Assembly: GCF_004010195.1 (NCBI RefSeq)
Contig: NC_057718.1
Coordinates: forward strand, 95,623,158 to 95,687,157
Length of the DNA: 64,000 bases
Direction: 5' to 3'
DNA from: Chiloscyllium plagiosum
Taxonomy: Eukaryota
Both the position numbers and the translations under genes were made by a program. Position 1 is the first letter of the stretch. Every line of letters begins with the position of its first letter. A model generated the notes under the pieces. That model was not told the DNA's origin and did no database searches. It worked only from the letters and a program-made list of their open reading frames with translations. Below, piece by piece: positions 1 through 10,557 of the stretch.

Positions 1-920
1 AATGACTTGGAAGAGGGAGTCGTAGGGTGGGTCAGTAATTTTGCAGATGATACGAAGATAGGTGGAGTTGTGGACAGTGAGGAGGGCTGTTGTTGGCTGC
101 AGAGGGACTTAGATATGATGCAGAGCTGGGCTGAGGAGTGGCAGATGGAGTTCAACCCTGCCAAGTGTGAGGTTGTCCATTTTGGAAGAACAAATAAGTA
201 TGCGGAATACAGGGTTAATGGTAGGGTTCTTAGTGAGGTTGAGGAACAGAGGGATCTTGGGGTCTATGTACATAGATCTTTGAAGGTTGCCACTCAGGTG
301 GATAGAGTTTGTAAGAAGGCCTATGGAGTATTATCGTTCATTAGCAGAGGGATTGAATTCAAGAGTCGTGAAGTGATGTTGCAGCTGTACAGGACTTTGG
401 TTAGGCCACGTTTGGAGTACTGTGTGCAGTTCTGGTCGCCTCACTTTAGGAAAGATGTGGAAGCTTTGGAGAGGGTGCAGAGAAGATTTACCAGGATGTT
501 GCCTGGAATGGAGAGGAAGTCGTACGAGGATCGGTTGAGAGTTCTCGGCCTTTTCTCGTTGGAACGGCGAAGGATGAGGGGTGACTTGATCGAGGTTTAT
601 AAGATGATCAGAGGAATAGATAGAGTAGACAGTCAGAAACGTTTTCCCCGGGTGCAACAGAGTTTTACAAGGGGACATAAATTTAAGGTGAAGGGTGGAA
701 GGTATAGGGGAGATGTCAGGGGTGGGTTCTTTACCTAGAGAGTGGTGGGGGCATGGAATGCGCTGCCTGTGGGAGTGGCAGAGTCAGAATCATTGGCAAC
801 CTTTAAGTGGCAATTGGATAGGTACATGGATGGGTGCTTAAGCTAGGACAAATGTTCGGCACAACATCGTGGGCCGAAGGGCCTGTTCTGTGCTGTATTG
901 TTCTATGTTCTATGTTCTAA
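1..920 (+). mobile_element. CR1/HER1-type LINE, 3' part of ORF2 (RT C-terminus) and tail; runs off window start
   Basis: ORF 7-738 has FADDTK and LEYCVQFWSP motifs; TAG at 736-738 replaces the Q of FTQRVV and the frame continues RVVGAWNALP to TAG 844-846; 3' tail gggccgaagggcctgt...(gttctat)n. Confidence 0.95.
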
Positions 921-1482
921 TTTTACACTGAACTTTTCCTATATTAGCCCTGCTTTGAAAAGGCTGGCAGATGATGCAAAGTTTCATTTTCCATTTACCA
1001 GCACTGATCTCTACAAACAAAAACGACATTTTCGGTGATATAAAATGATGCAGGTAATCAATTCACTCCCACTTAATTGTCCCTTGGTACTATTGATCAA
1101 TGTAAGTTCTTTACATTTGCAGATCCATCTAACTTTCTCGCATATCATTTTAAGCAGATGAATTGGTGGATAAAGATGCAGAACTCAGTCACAGAAAGGT
1201 TTCTGTTTTCTGCATCAGCAGCAAGACTTACGTGTAATGAACACATGCGCAGTACAGCATATATCCCTTCTAAGCTTTCCTCCATTGTAGCTCAAACTAA
1301 TACTCTTCAAATGAACAGTTACTCTTTTAACATTGTCATACATCCATATCTGCATGTACCCAGTCTCATCTCCTCTAGGTGAATCTGCCAACTAATGCTG
1401 TATCACAAGTAGTTTGACCTTTGTGAGCTTCGTCTTACTGAACCTCACTTCACTGAGGACCCTTATGATTGCAGAAGACTTG

Positions 1483-1790
1483 TTTATTCATTCATAGGAT
1501 ATGGCTAGATCAGCATTTATTGCCATTTCTTAATTACCCAGGAAGTGGAATAGAGTTACATGTAGGCCAGATCAGTTAAGGATAGCAAACTCATTCCCTA
1601 AGAGGCATTAATGAACCAGATGGAGTTTTCCTGACAATCATTTCACGTTCATCATCAGACCCTTAATTCCAGATTTTTATTGAATTCAGATTCCACTACT
1701 GCAGGATTCGAACCTGAGTTCACAGAACATCACTTGGATCTCTGATTTAATAGTCCAGCAATCACACCATGAGGCCGTCACCACCTCCTA
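1483..1790 (-). mobile_element. tRNA-derived SINE, second family ('SINE-B')
   Basis: Matches copies at 12800, 18925, 33095, 41590, 49805; minus-strand tRNA-like head and atgaataaa tail. Confidence 0.75.
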
Positions 1791-1980
1791 GAGGACCTAG
1801 AGGATATCTTCTGCACAAAACAACAAAGGCTATCCTCTGGTATATTTTTGGATGACTTCCATTGTCACAATGTTTATGTCCGGCAAATGTTAGCCACCTC
1901 TGAATGGTCAACATAATCAAAAGAACAGAAATCCCTATCACCAGTGAACCTGTCTGGATTTTCCTATACTCTAATTATTC

Positions 1981-2470
1981 ATAGAGTCATACAGCACTGA
2001 AACAGACCCTTCAGTCCAACCAGTCCATGCCGAACATAATCCCAAACTAAATTAGTCCCACCTGCCTGCTCCTGGCCCATATCCCTCCACACCTTTCCTA
2101 TTCATATACTTATCCAAATGTCTTATAAACATTGTAACTGTGCGCACATCCACCACTTCCTCAGGAAGTTCATTCCACATGCGAATCACCCTCTGTTAAA
2201 ACATTTGCCTCTTATGTCTGTCTTTTTTATTGCGTCAGTTGTATATGGTAGAAATGACAAATAAAATCCACTCTACTCTTCGCTTTAAATCTCTGGCGTC
2301 TCGCCTTAAAAATGTGCCCCTTAGACTTGAAATTCCCCAACTTAGAGAAGACAACTACCATCAAGTCTATCCATACCTCTCATCATTTTACAAACTTCTT
2401 TCAAGACACCTCTCAATCTTCTATGCTCCAGTGAAAAAAGTCCCAGCCTTCCTTTATAACTCAAACCTTA
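1981..2470 (-). mobile_element. HER1/CR1 LINE 3' fragment, interrupted at ~2215-2280 by a Rex1-like 3' tail
   Basis: Reverse complement of CR1 3' end (atagagtcatacagc...); insert matches 39465-39520 (cagttgtatat..tagaaatgacaaataaa). Confidence 0.8.
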
Positions 2471-2843
2471 TGCAGTGAGAACTCCGGAACACAGATTGAG
2501 CTGCCGCTGGAGTCTACAAATATGAAGGTGAGTTTTAATGGCTTCAAGCGTAAAACATTTCTCCACCCTCACCCACTGCAGTGAAAGGTAAAACTTCCAA
2601 TCTTGAAGTACACGACAAGATTAGTTGTTATAGAGGGTACACAGAGAAAATGCAATTTTAAATAGTCACAAATTGCAAAGCTGTGAATGCAATGAGCTAA
2701 AGTATCATTCAATGTACTGGCATTGAGTGGCAGTAACTGTAAATTTTCTTCAATCATTTGTTTACATTGTACATGAAGTGAAACATTCTCTGAAATCACA
2801 TTGCAATCACATTGCATTGGCAGACCAGGCTACAAAAAGCAGA

Positions 2844-3075
2844 AAAGTGAGGACGACAGATGCTGGAAACCAGAGTTTAGATCAGAGTGGTGCTGGAAAA
2901 GCACAGCAGGTCAGGCAGCATCCGAGGAGCAGAAGAATCGACGTTTCGGGCAAAAGCCCTTCATCAGGACCTTCATCATTCCTGACGAAGGGCTTTTGCC
3001 CGAAACGTCGATTTTCCTGCTCCTCGGATGCTGCCTGACCTGCTGTGCTTTTCCAGCACCACTCTGATCTAAACA
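2844..3075. mobile_element. Penelope-like (family P1) fold-back mini-element
   Basis: Two inverted copies of the P1 terminus; TSD ctacaaaaagcaga 2830-2843 / ctaaaaaaagcaga 3076-3089. Confidence 0.85.
2982..3009 (+). ncRNA. Minimal hammerhead-ribozyme-like motif (P1); mirror copy on minus strand at 2940-2967
   Basis: CTGACGA-A-GGGC-TTTT-GCCC-GAAA-CGT-C; palindromic ACGT stem III; stem I weak. Confidence 0.6.
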
Positions 3076-3182
3076 CTAAAAAAAGCAGAGGTAGAGTCAT
3101 CCATAGCTCTGAGAATGAATGAACGCTCATTGTGGCAGAGCTGGCTACAAAGACATTAGGAAAAAATAATAACCAAGCTAAC

Positions 3183-3266
3183 CTCATCTTCCTCTCCATA
3201 ATTATGGAAAGGTGTAGCACGTGCTTCCAGTGCGGAATGTGCAAGTGGAACTTCATCACTTGTATG
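3183..3266 (-). CDS. Candidate internal coding exon (84 nt, HTSDEVPLAHSALEARATPFHNYGEEDE), gene unidentified
   Basis: Poly-T acceptor ...tttttag|, donor gag|gttagc, open phase 0-0 frame, non-repeat sequence. Confidence 0.45.
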
Positions 3267-4121
3267 CTAAAAAAAGGTAAATGCAAATTCTCTTTAACTC
3301 CACCTATTGAAAACTATGACTTTTGCAGCTTTATCCTCGTTCAACAGATCAACAGGGTATAAAGTTACCTCTTTCTACACACCCAATGCATTATTGGAAA
3401 TTTATAAACAGATGAAAGACTCAGTACACCACAATAATTTGAGTTCTGATGAATGATTTGGGGAGTCTCTGAGCTTTTCTGCAGCTTGTTTGCAACAATC
3501 TTGCAATATGTTTTGACTTCCTCTCAGTCAGAGCTGCCTTGTGCATTATTACAGAGCTGTCAGTCTCATGGTATCGAAGATTTTTTTTTCTAACTCTGAC
3601 ATCACTTCCTCATGCCTCCCAAGTAGACATCAGCCTACTTCTGTACTCTAACAGAACACAAATAGGAGCAGAGGCATCTCAATTCTGGCAATTACACCCA
3701 CAAAAACCAGATGGCTGTACATCTGGTTATCTGGATGGCCTCAATATAAATGCTTGGCTGAGTTCCAAGAACTCACTAATGGTTTATATGTTTACATAGA
3801 CTGCAATGGAGTCCAGGTTTTGATTGATAGAAATCTTAAAAAGTTACAACTTTAAAAATTTTTTTTTCAATATCTTGTACATTTATTTGGGCAAGATTAA
3901 GAGTTGCCAAGTGAGGTAAAGACACTACTTGTGGCATTGTCTAATTGATGCTTTCAACATCAACACTTACGAGCAGCAGTCTTCATCAAAGCAGATTTCT
4001 TAATACAGATGGTTCTCCTAAAACGCATATTGGCTGTAAAGTGATTTGTGATGTGTGGACTTCTTTTTATAATAAAGTGAACTCCCGCTCACTGTTATGT
4101 GATTCCATCCCCGGCACTTAC

Positions 4122-4183
4122 CTGAACAGCAAAACCCAGCCTCAGTAACCTCTGTCTGAAAAATGCAAATTCAGTGTGTTCGG
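4122..4183 (-). CDS. Candidate internal coding exon (62 nt, xEHTEFAFFRQRLLRLGFAVQ), gene unidentified
   Basis: Acceptor ctgattgctttcctgttttag|, donor cag|gtaagt; the only open frame ends in phase 0, compatible with exon 3266-3183. Confidence 0.5.
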
Positions 4184-4624
4184 CTAAAACAGGAAAGCAA
4201 TCAGCTCTGCATGCCTTGAAACTTAGCTTGTAACTGGGAAATCTAGTCTACATTTAGAATGAACTTTATTTCAAACACGGGGAGAATCTTGAGGAGGATA
4301 GGATGTCTGCATCATGTGATCAGTCGGCTTGTGTGCTTTCTGGTGAAGAGTTTTGTGAAAGGTACAGTGCTGTTGTCAGTGATTTTAGTGTGAAAGTATT
4401 AGATTTACTGTATTATTTCATTAAAATATATGATTTAAAGAGTTACTTTGACTGTGCTATCATTTGTGTTAGGCTAACTATTATTTTTGTTTTGATTTTT
4501 ACTGAGTTTTTTGGCTGTTCATCCTGTTTTTCCCATAGGCCCAATTATTTATACTGAACAATTTTCTATAACAGGGTGTTGCACAGGCATGCAAGTACTG
4601 CGTAACAGGAGAACTACCTGCATG

Positions 4625-4818
4625 CACGGTGTTGAACTGGGGAGGAAAAAGTTAAAAATCACACAACACCAGGTTATAGTCCAACAGGTTTATATGGAAG
4701 GACTAGTTTTCAGAATGCTGCTCCTTCATCTAGTTACCTGAAGGAGCAGCGCTCTGAAAGCTAGTACTTCCAAATAAACCTGTTGGACTATAACCTGGTG
4801 TGGTGTGATTTTTAATTT
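4625..4818. mobile_element. Penelope-like (family P2) fold-back mini-element
   Basis: Inverted arms (aaaaatcacacaacaccaggttatagtccaacaggttta / taaacctgttggactataacctggtg); TSD tacctgcatg 4615-4624 and 4819-4828. Confidence 0.85.
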
Positions 4819-5935
4819 TACCTGCATGTAATTATTTTTCATGAGCATTTCAAGGTCTTTCCATCAGATTTGTACGTCGCGTTGGCTCTGAACATACTGC
4901 GTACTGGCCGAGAATACATAGGTAAGATTGTTTACGTGTAATTTCAAATAATTCCTGAGTATGGCCCACAGCTTCTCTGAGGGACTGTGAACCATGAATC
5001 CTTGAGAAGCTGGTCATTCCCCATAAAATGTGAAGGGTTTGGGGTTAGGGGAGGGGACAAGTGGAAATGCAGTACCTATCCCCACAGTGGGACAATCCCC
5101 AAGTCAGGAATTCAGGACGAAAGCGCCCTTCCCACATGTGGCTTTAACCTGGGCCAGTGAAAATTGTCGAAACCCTGAACTGAAGTGTCAATTGGATCAT
5201 GCCCGCCATCTTTAAACACCAGCAAAGACACTTGTCTCCAATGAAAATCTAACTTTTTTTGCTTTTGTATCCAATTTATCAACACGATTCATAATAATGA
5301 ACATTTCTGTTAGGTCACCTCTCAGGTTTCTTTCAAGATGAACAATTCAAGAACAAAGAACAAAGAAAATTACTGCACAAGAATAGGCCCTTCGGCCCTC
5401 CAAGCCTGCGCCGATCTAGATCCTCTATCTAAACCTGTCGCCTATTTTCTAAAGATCTGTATCCTTTTGCTCCCTGCCCATTCATGTATCTGTCTAGATA
5501 CATCTTAAGTGACGCTATCGTGCCCATCTCTATCACCTTTGCTGGCAAAGCATTCCAGTCACCCACCATCCTCTGTGTAAAGAACTTTCCACGCATATCT
5601 CCCCTAAACCTTTCCCATCTCACTTTGAACTTGTGACCCCTAGTAATTGAATCCCCCATTCTGGGAAAAGCTTCTTGCTATCCACCCTGTCTATACCTGT
5701 CATGATTTTGGAGATCTCAATCAGGTCGTCCTTTCTAATGAAAATAATCCTAATCTATTCAACCTCTCTTCATAGTTAGCGCCCTCCATACCAGGCAACA
5801 TCCTGGTGAAACTCCTCTGCACCCTCTCCAAAGCATCCACATCCTTTTGGTAATGTGGCAACCAGAACTGTATGCAGTATTCCAAATGCGGCCAAACCAA
5901 AGTCCTTTCCAACTGTAACATGACCTGCCAACTCA

Positions 5936-6728
5936 CCTGGTAGAAGACAGAGGGTGGTGGTGGACAGTTGTTTTTCAGACTGGAGGACTGTGACCAGTGG
6001 AGTGCCACAAGGATCGGTGCTGGGTCCTCTACTTTTGTCATTTACATAAATGATTTGGATGCAAGCATAAGAGGTACAGTTAGTAAGTTTGCAGATGACA
6101 CCAAAATTGGAGGTGTAGTGGACAGCGAAGAGGGTTACCTCAGATTACAACAGGATCTGGACCAGATGGGCCAATGGGCTGAGAAGTGGCAGATGGAGTT
6201 TAATTCAGATAAATGCGAGGTGCTGCATTTTGGGAAAGAAAAACTTAGCATGACTTATACACTTAATGGTAAGATCCTNNNNNNNNNNNNNNNNNNNNNN
6301 NNNNNNNNNNNNNNNNNNNNNNNNNNNNNNNNNNNNNNNNNNNNNNNNNNNNNNNNNNNNNNNNNNNNNNNNNNNNNNNNNNNNNNNNNNNNNNNNNNNN
6401 NNNNNNNNNNNNNNNNNNNNNNNNNNNNNNNNNNNNNNNNNNNNNNNNNNNNNNNNNNNNNNNNNNNNNNNNNNNNNNNNNNNNNNNNNNNNNNNNNNNN
6501 NNNNNNNNNNNNNAGAGACTTAAGGGGCAACTTTTTCACGCAGAGGGTGATACGTGTATGGAATGAGCTGCCAGAGGATGTGATGGAGGCTGGTACAATT
6601 GCAACATTTAAGAGGCATTTGGATGGGTATATGAATAGGAAGGGTTTGGAGGGATATGGGCCGGGTGCTGGCAGGTGGGGCTAGATTGGGAAGGGTCTGT
6701 TTCCATGCTGTACATCTCTATGACTCTA
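5936..6728 (+). mobile_element. HER1/CR1 LINE fragment nested in the previous element
   Basis: [28 protein letters not shown]; tail ctctatgactcta; flanked by aactc. Confidence 0.9.
6279..6513. other. Assembly gap (N run)
   Basis: 235 Ns. Confidence 1.
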
Positions 6729-8109
6729 ACTCTTGTACTCAATACCCCTTCTTCACCACTTTACTGACCTGTGTTGCCACCTTCAGGGAAAAATGGACCT
6801 GAACACCCAGATCTCTCTGTATATCAATTTTCCCCAGGACTTTTCCATTTACTGTCTAGTTCGCTCTGAACAACATCAAAGGCTTAATGAAATGCTGAGG
6901 GCAATGAGGAACCTTAATGCACCTTGTCAGATAACAACACCAATGATCTCATTCAGTCTTGGGTTTGATGCTGTAGGCAAGGTGGAAGACACAAAAGAAA
7001 GAATTTAACAGACATTGACATGTGCACACCATCAGTTATTGAATTGACATACGTGGACCTAATATGCAGCAGCACGAGAATGGGAGGCTTAACAATCTTA
7101 AGGACTGCAAATGTTTTAGTGTGTAGTGAACCCTCAAATGGTTCTCCCCAAATATCTGCTGCCATCACCCATTATTATTTATCCAAATATCAATCTCCAG
7201 GTAAATCTTAACTTAGTGCTAATTACAGCCGAAACTCAATCCTACCAGCCAGGTCAGTTCAAACGCATTCAGCACTCCCTGACAAAAAAAAATAGCATTG
7301 GAACTAATGTTGATATTTATTGATTTTACACCAAAACCTAGCAAGGTTTCTCACACTTAGATTTTCTCTCCCTTTTTGATATTAATAACAAAAACAATAA
7401 AGCACATTCCGAAAGATATATTTTTTTTAAAAACCTATCAGATATAATAAAGCTGCTGATCGTTAAGTTTCAAGGATTTACCAAGTAATTGTCAAGAATC
7501 AAATTTAGTAAACAACGTCCTCTTTTGTAGCAGGGTTCAAGAAAGCAAAACCAATAGACTGTCTCTCTCTGGTGATTAACTGCTTTTCTTTGCTCTGTTC
7601 CTTCATCAATGGCAGAGTGTGGGTGCCAATACTGTAAGTACAGCTCACTTCTACCTAGCTTTCAAAGTACATCATATTCCACACCAAGTCCCAATATTCA
7701 AATCTTCACTGACACACTCTTCTCCACAATAACATTGTATTAAAAATTGGAATCTTTGTGTTGGCATCCTTTCCCTGTCCAGCTCCAGTAATTAGGCCTT
7801 TTGAGGAATCTCAGACCCTTCTCCTTTGTTTCTGACACTGGTAGCCATCTTACCAGGGTCTTTGCTCTGAAATGTTTACCTAAAATCACTGTGTTCCTTC
7901 GTACGTATCTTGCTTGAGACTCTACTTAACATACACCTCAGTCAGCTTTTTGCGAGCTGTCCCAATACTGTATTATTTGACTCAGTATTCACTTTTTAAA
8001 AAATGACTACATCCGACTAAATCTTGCTGGGGTCTTTTTGGTGATATTCAAATGCAAGTTGGCATTATCGGCACATAAATCTGTCAAAAGAGAAAGTAAA
8101 ATACATTTG

Positions 8110-8420
8110 GGGTGGCACATTGGCTTAGTGGTTAGCACTGCTGCCCCACAGCGCTAGGGACTAGGGTTCAATTCCAACCTTGAAAGATATACGTATAGAG
8201 TTTGCATGTCTGTGTAGGTTTCCTCCGGGTGCTCTGGTTTCCTCCCACAGTCCAAAGATGTGCAGGTTAGGTGGATTGGCCAGGCTAAATTACCCCATTG
8301 CATCTAGGTGGATTAGCCATGGTATTTGCAAGCCCTGGGGGTGGGTCTGGATGGATGCTTTGGAGGGTCGGTGTGGACTCGATGGGCTGAATGGCGTGCT
8401 TCCACACTGTAGGGATTCTA
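8110..8420 (+). mobile_element. HE1-type V-SINE
   Basis: tRNA-like head (tggcttagtggttagc..ggttcaattcc), V-domain ggtttcctccgggtgctctggtttcctcccacagtccaaagatgtgc, LINE-like tail. Confidence 0.9.
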
Positions 8421-9079
8421 TTTGTTGTACGTAAAGACAAAGGGAGGATAAATCAATGATTATTAACTCTCTATTGACAAATAAATTAGAATGTAAGAAT
8501 GGTGCCACACCGAGCAAAGATTTCAAACAATTTGTCGAGACTGAAAGCGGCAAAGTTCAAATTCAAAATCTGGTTATCCCACATTCCTTATGACAATTTT
8601 GCAGACAGAGAAAAAAATGTAATGTAAACTGAACTTTGATAGCACCGGCTGTTCAGCAAGTGGTTACTTGTGTAAAGTATTCTCGGGGCTATAAATACAA
8701 GATTGTTGAAAATATTATCAACCCTTTGGAAACTAGTGAAGTGCATAACAAAGGCTCTATTGAAATGGAAGAAAAATTAAAGGCGTACGTTTATGAACAA
8801 TGCAGTCGGGGAGGGGGGGTGTGGAGGCAATCGAAGGTAGGAATCAAAGACACAAAGGATCGTTTTCTTAAAAATATATGTATAAAGAGAGAGGTCAAAT
8901 AGCCGAGTCAAGAGGCTGAGAGAAATACAAGGGCTTGCACTAAAGGAGTTCCCTTCAAAATTGCAATTCAAGTTGAGTTTGAGAAGTGGACAGAGTGACC
9001 AAAATGTAGCAAGAACTGACAAAAGGGTGTGGGGTCTTTGAGGGATGATAAAACTCTGGGGAAAACGATGAACTAGAAG

Positions 9080-9500
9080 ACATTTCCAACACCAGCCGCC
9101 CTCTCTCGTGTTGTCCCCTCGTGAACCTCTTTCGCCCGCGCCCCTGTCAAATGTCGTCAAGAGACGGGTTTTTTTTTCGCAAGTCACAAAAACACAACAA
9201 CAAAGAAAAGGTGAACTCACCTTTACAGGAGACTCAGGGAAAGAGAGAGGTCATAAAACCAAACCCACTCGACATTCAACTTCGATATAAATCCCTGCTG
9301 CTTGTGCAAAAAAAAACAACATCAAAAGCTGTCCAGTTCTTGTTTTAAAACTCTCTCAGTCCGTTTTGCATTCTGAGCCAATCCTGTCACTGAAACGCGG
9401 CGCTGAGAGTCTGGGAGGAGGTGGAAGGTGAGAGAGATTCCAAACCATCCCCTGAAGGCATGAAGATTTTCAATAACTTCCTGTCAGCAAAGGTATGCTT
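9080..9500. promoter_or_regulatory. Candidate (bidirectional) promoter with divergent first exons
   Basis: Local CpG enrichment, CCAAT at ~9378, minus-strand donor aag|gtgagt at 9221/9220, plus-strand donor aag|gtatgc at 9492/9493. Confidence 0.4.
9460..9492 (+). CDS. Candidate first coding exon MKIFNNFLSAK
   Basis: ggcATG, 11 codons, then aag|gtatgc; no downstream exons identified. Confidence 0.25.
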
Positions 9501-9754
9501 TCTGTAAATCCCGGAACCTCTCAGCTGCACGACACAGCTTCTCCAAAATGTGGAGTGGTGTTGAGTGAATCTTCATCTTTCCCCACCCGCCCGCAATGTG
9601 TTCTTGATGGTTAAGTTGGGAGTACTGCGGTTACAAGTCAAGTGTGACATATCAAGTGAGTTCACAGATCGATAGGGTAAATGCAACTGTACGGGGTACG
9701 GTTCAAACCCCTATTTTAGAAAGAGGAACACAGCAGGACATAGGATTGAACACA

Positions 9755-10230
9755 CAAGATCTCTACAGGGTGGAAGCAGGCAATTCGGCCCATCCAGTCC
9801 ACACTGAACCTCTAAAGAGCATTCTACCCAGATCCACCCCATCCCTGTAACCCTGTAGTCCCCATGGCTAATGCACCTAACCTACACATCCCTGGACACT
9901 TTGAGCAATTTAGCATGGCTAATGCACCTAACCTATACATCCCTGGACACTTTGAGCAATTTAGCATGGCTAATGCACCTAACCTACACATCCCTGGACA
10001 CTTTGAGCAATTTAACATGGCTAATCCACCTAACCTACACATCCCTGGATGCTATGGATTATTTACCATGACTAATGCACCCAACCTCCACATCTATGGA
10101 TGATGGGAGGAAACCAGAGCACCTGGAGGAAATCCTTGAAGACAATGAGCAAACTCCACACAGTCCCCTGAGGGTGGAATCAAACCCAGGTGTCTTGTGC
10201 TGTGAGACAGCAGTGCTAACCACTGATCCA
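9755..10230 (-). mobile_element. HE1 SINE with internal 51-bp tandem expansion
   Basis: HE1 head at ~10180-10225; unit atggctaatgcacctaacctacacatccctggacactttgagcaatttagc at 9864, 9915, 9966, 10017 and partial at 10068. Confidence 0.9.
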
Positions 10231-10557
10231 CAGGGCTGCCCTGTGATGAATTGCACCAACATGTCTCATTAACCAGTTTTACTGTGTTTTCCCTCTGGGA
10301 GAACTTTTTTTGTTTGAAGGATACCTTTCCAAATGGATTAGTAATTGTCAATCTCCATATGAAACTGTTGCATGTAAATAGATGCTTTATTAAAGTATTT
10401 ACTGACGATATCAGGTAGATGAGCCTATTTTTGGCAGGGGAGCTGATAATTAGTAGCAGAGGTGAACATAGAGAACAGGGGGTGGTTGGGAAACACACCA
10501 TGGTGAGAGATCAGTCATGCCAGATCAGTTGTCAATTTTAAATCTGAGATAGGTAAT

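Larger units (their letters stand above)
5345..6860 (-). mobile_element. CR1 LINE 3' fragment (5345-5935 and 6733-6860), split by a nested plus-strand LINE
   Basis: ORFs 5429-5659 and 5721-6041 encode CR1 ORF2 C-terminal motifs; sequence resumes after 6730. Confidence 0.85.

Noticed and set aside
2727..3286. Overlapping ORFs on both strands sharing 'PDEGLLPETSI..CCLTCCAFPAPL'
   Set aside because: Translation of a palindromic PLE terminus; the same peptide recurs at every P1 copy
4868..4921. Plus-strand mini-exon candidates (also 2476-2528, 7531-7633)
   Set aside because: Splice-like signals but no coherent chain or recognisable peptide; they conflict with the better minus-strand candidates
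6255..6539. ORFs spanning X runs
   Set aside because: Artefacts of the N gap
5345..6730. Apparent 5'-inverted single LINE
   Set aside because: Two subfamilies; the minus copy resumes at 6733, so this is nesting
8110..8180. tRNA genes (also 30558, 42219, 58040)
   Set aside because: A/B-box heads of HE1 SINEs continuing into SINE body
9824..10103. Repeat-protein ORFs (MANAPNLHIPGHFEQFS)n or a CRISPR-like array
   Set aside because: Contiguous 51-bp units with no spacers, inside an HE1 SINE
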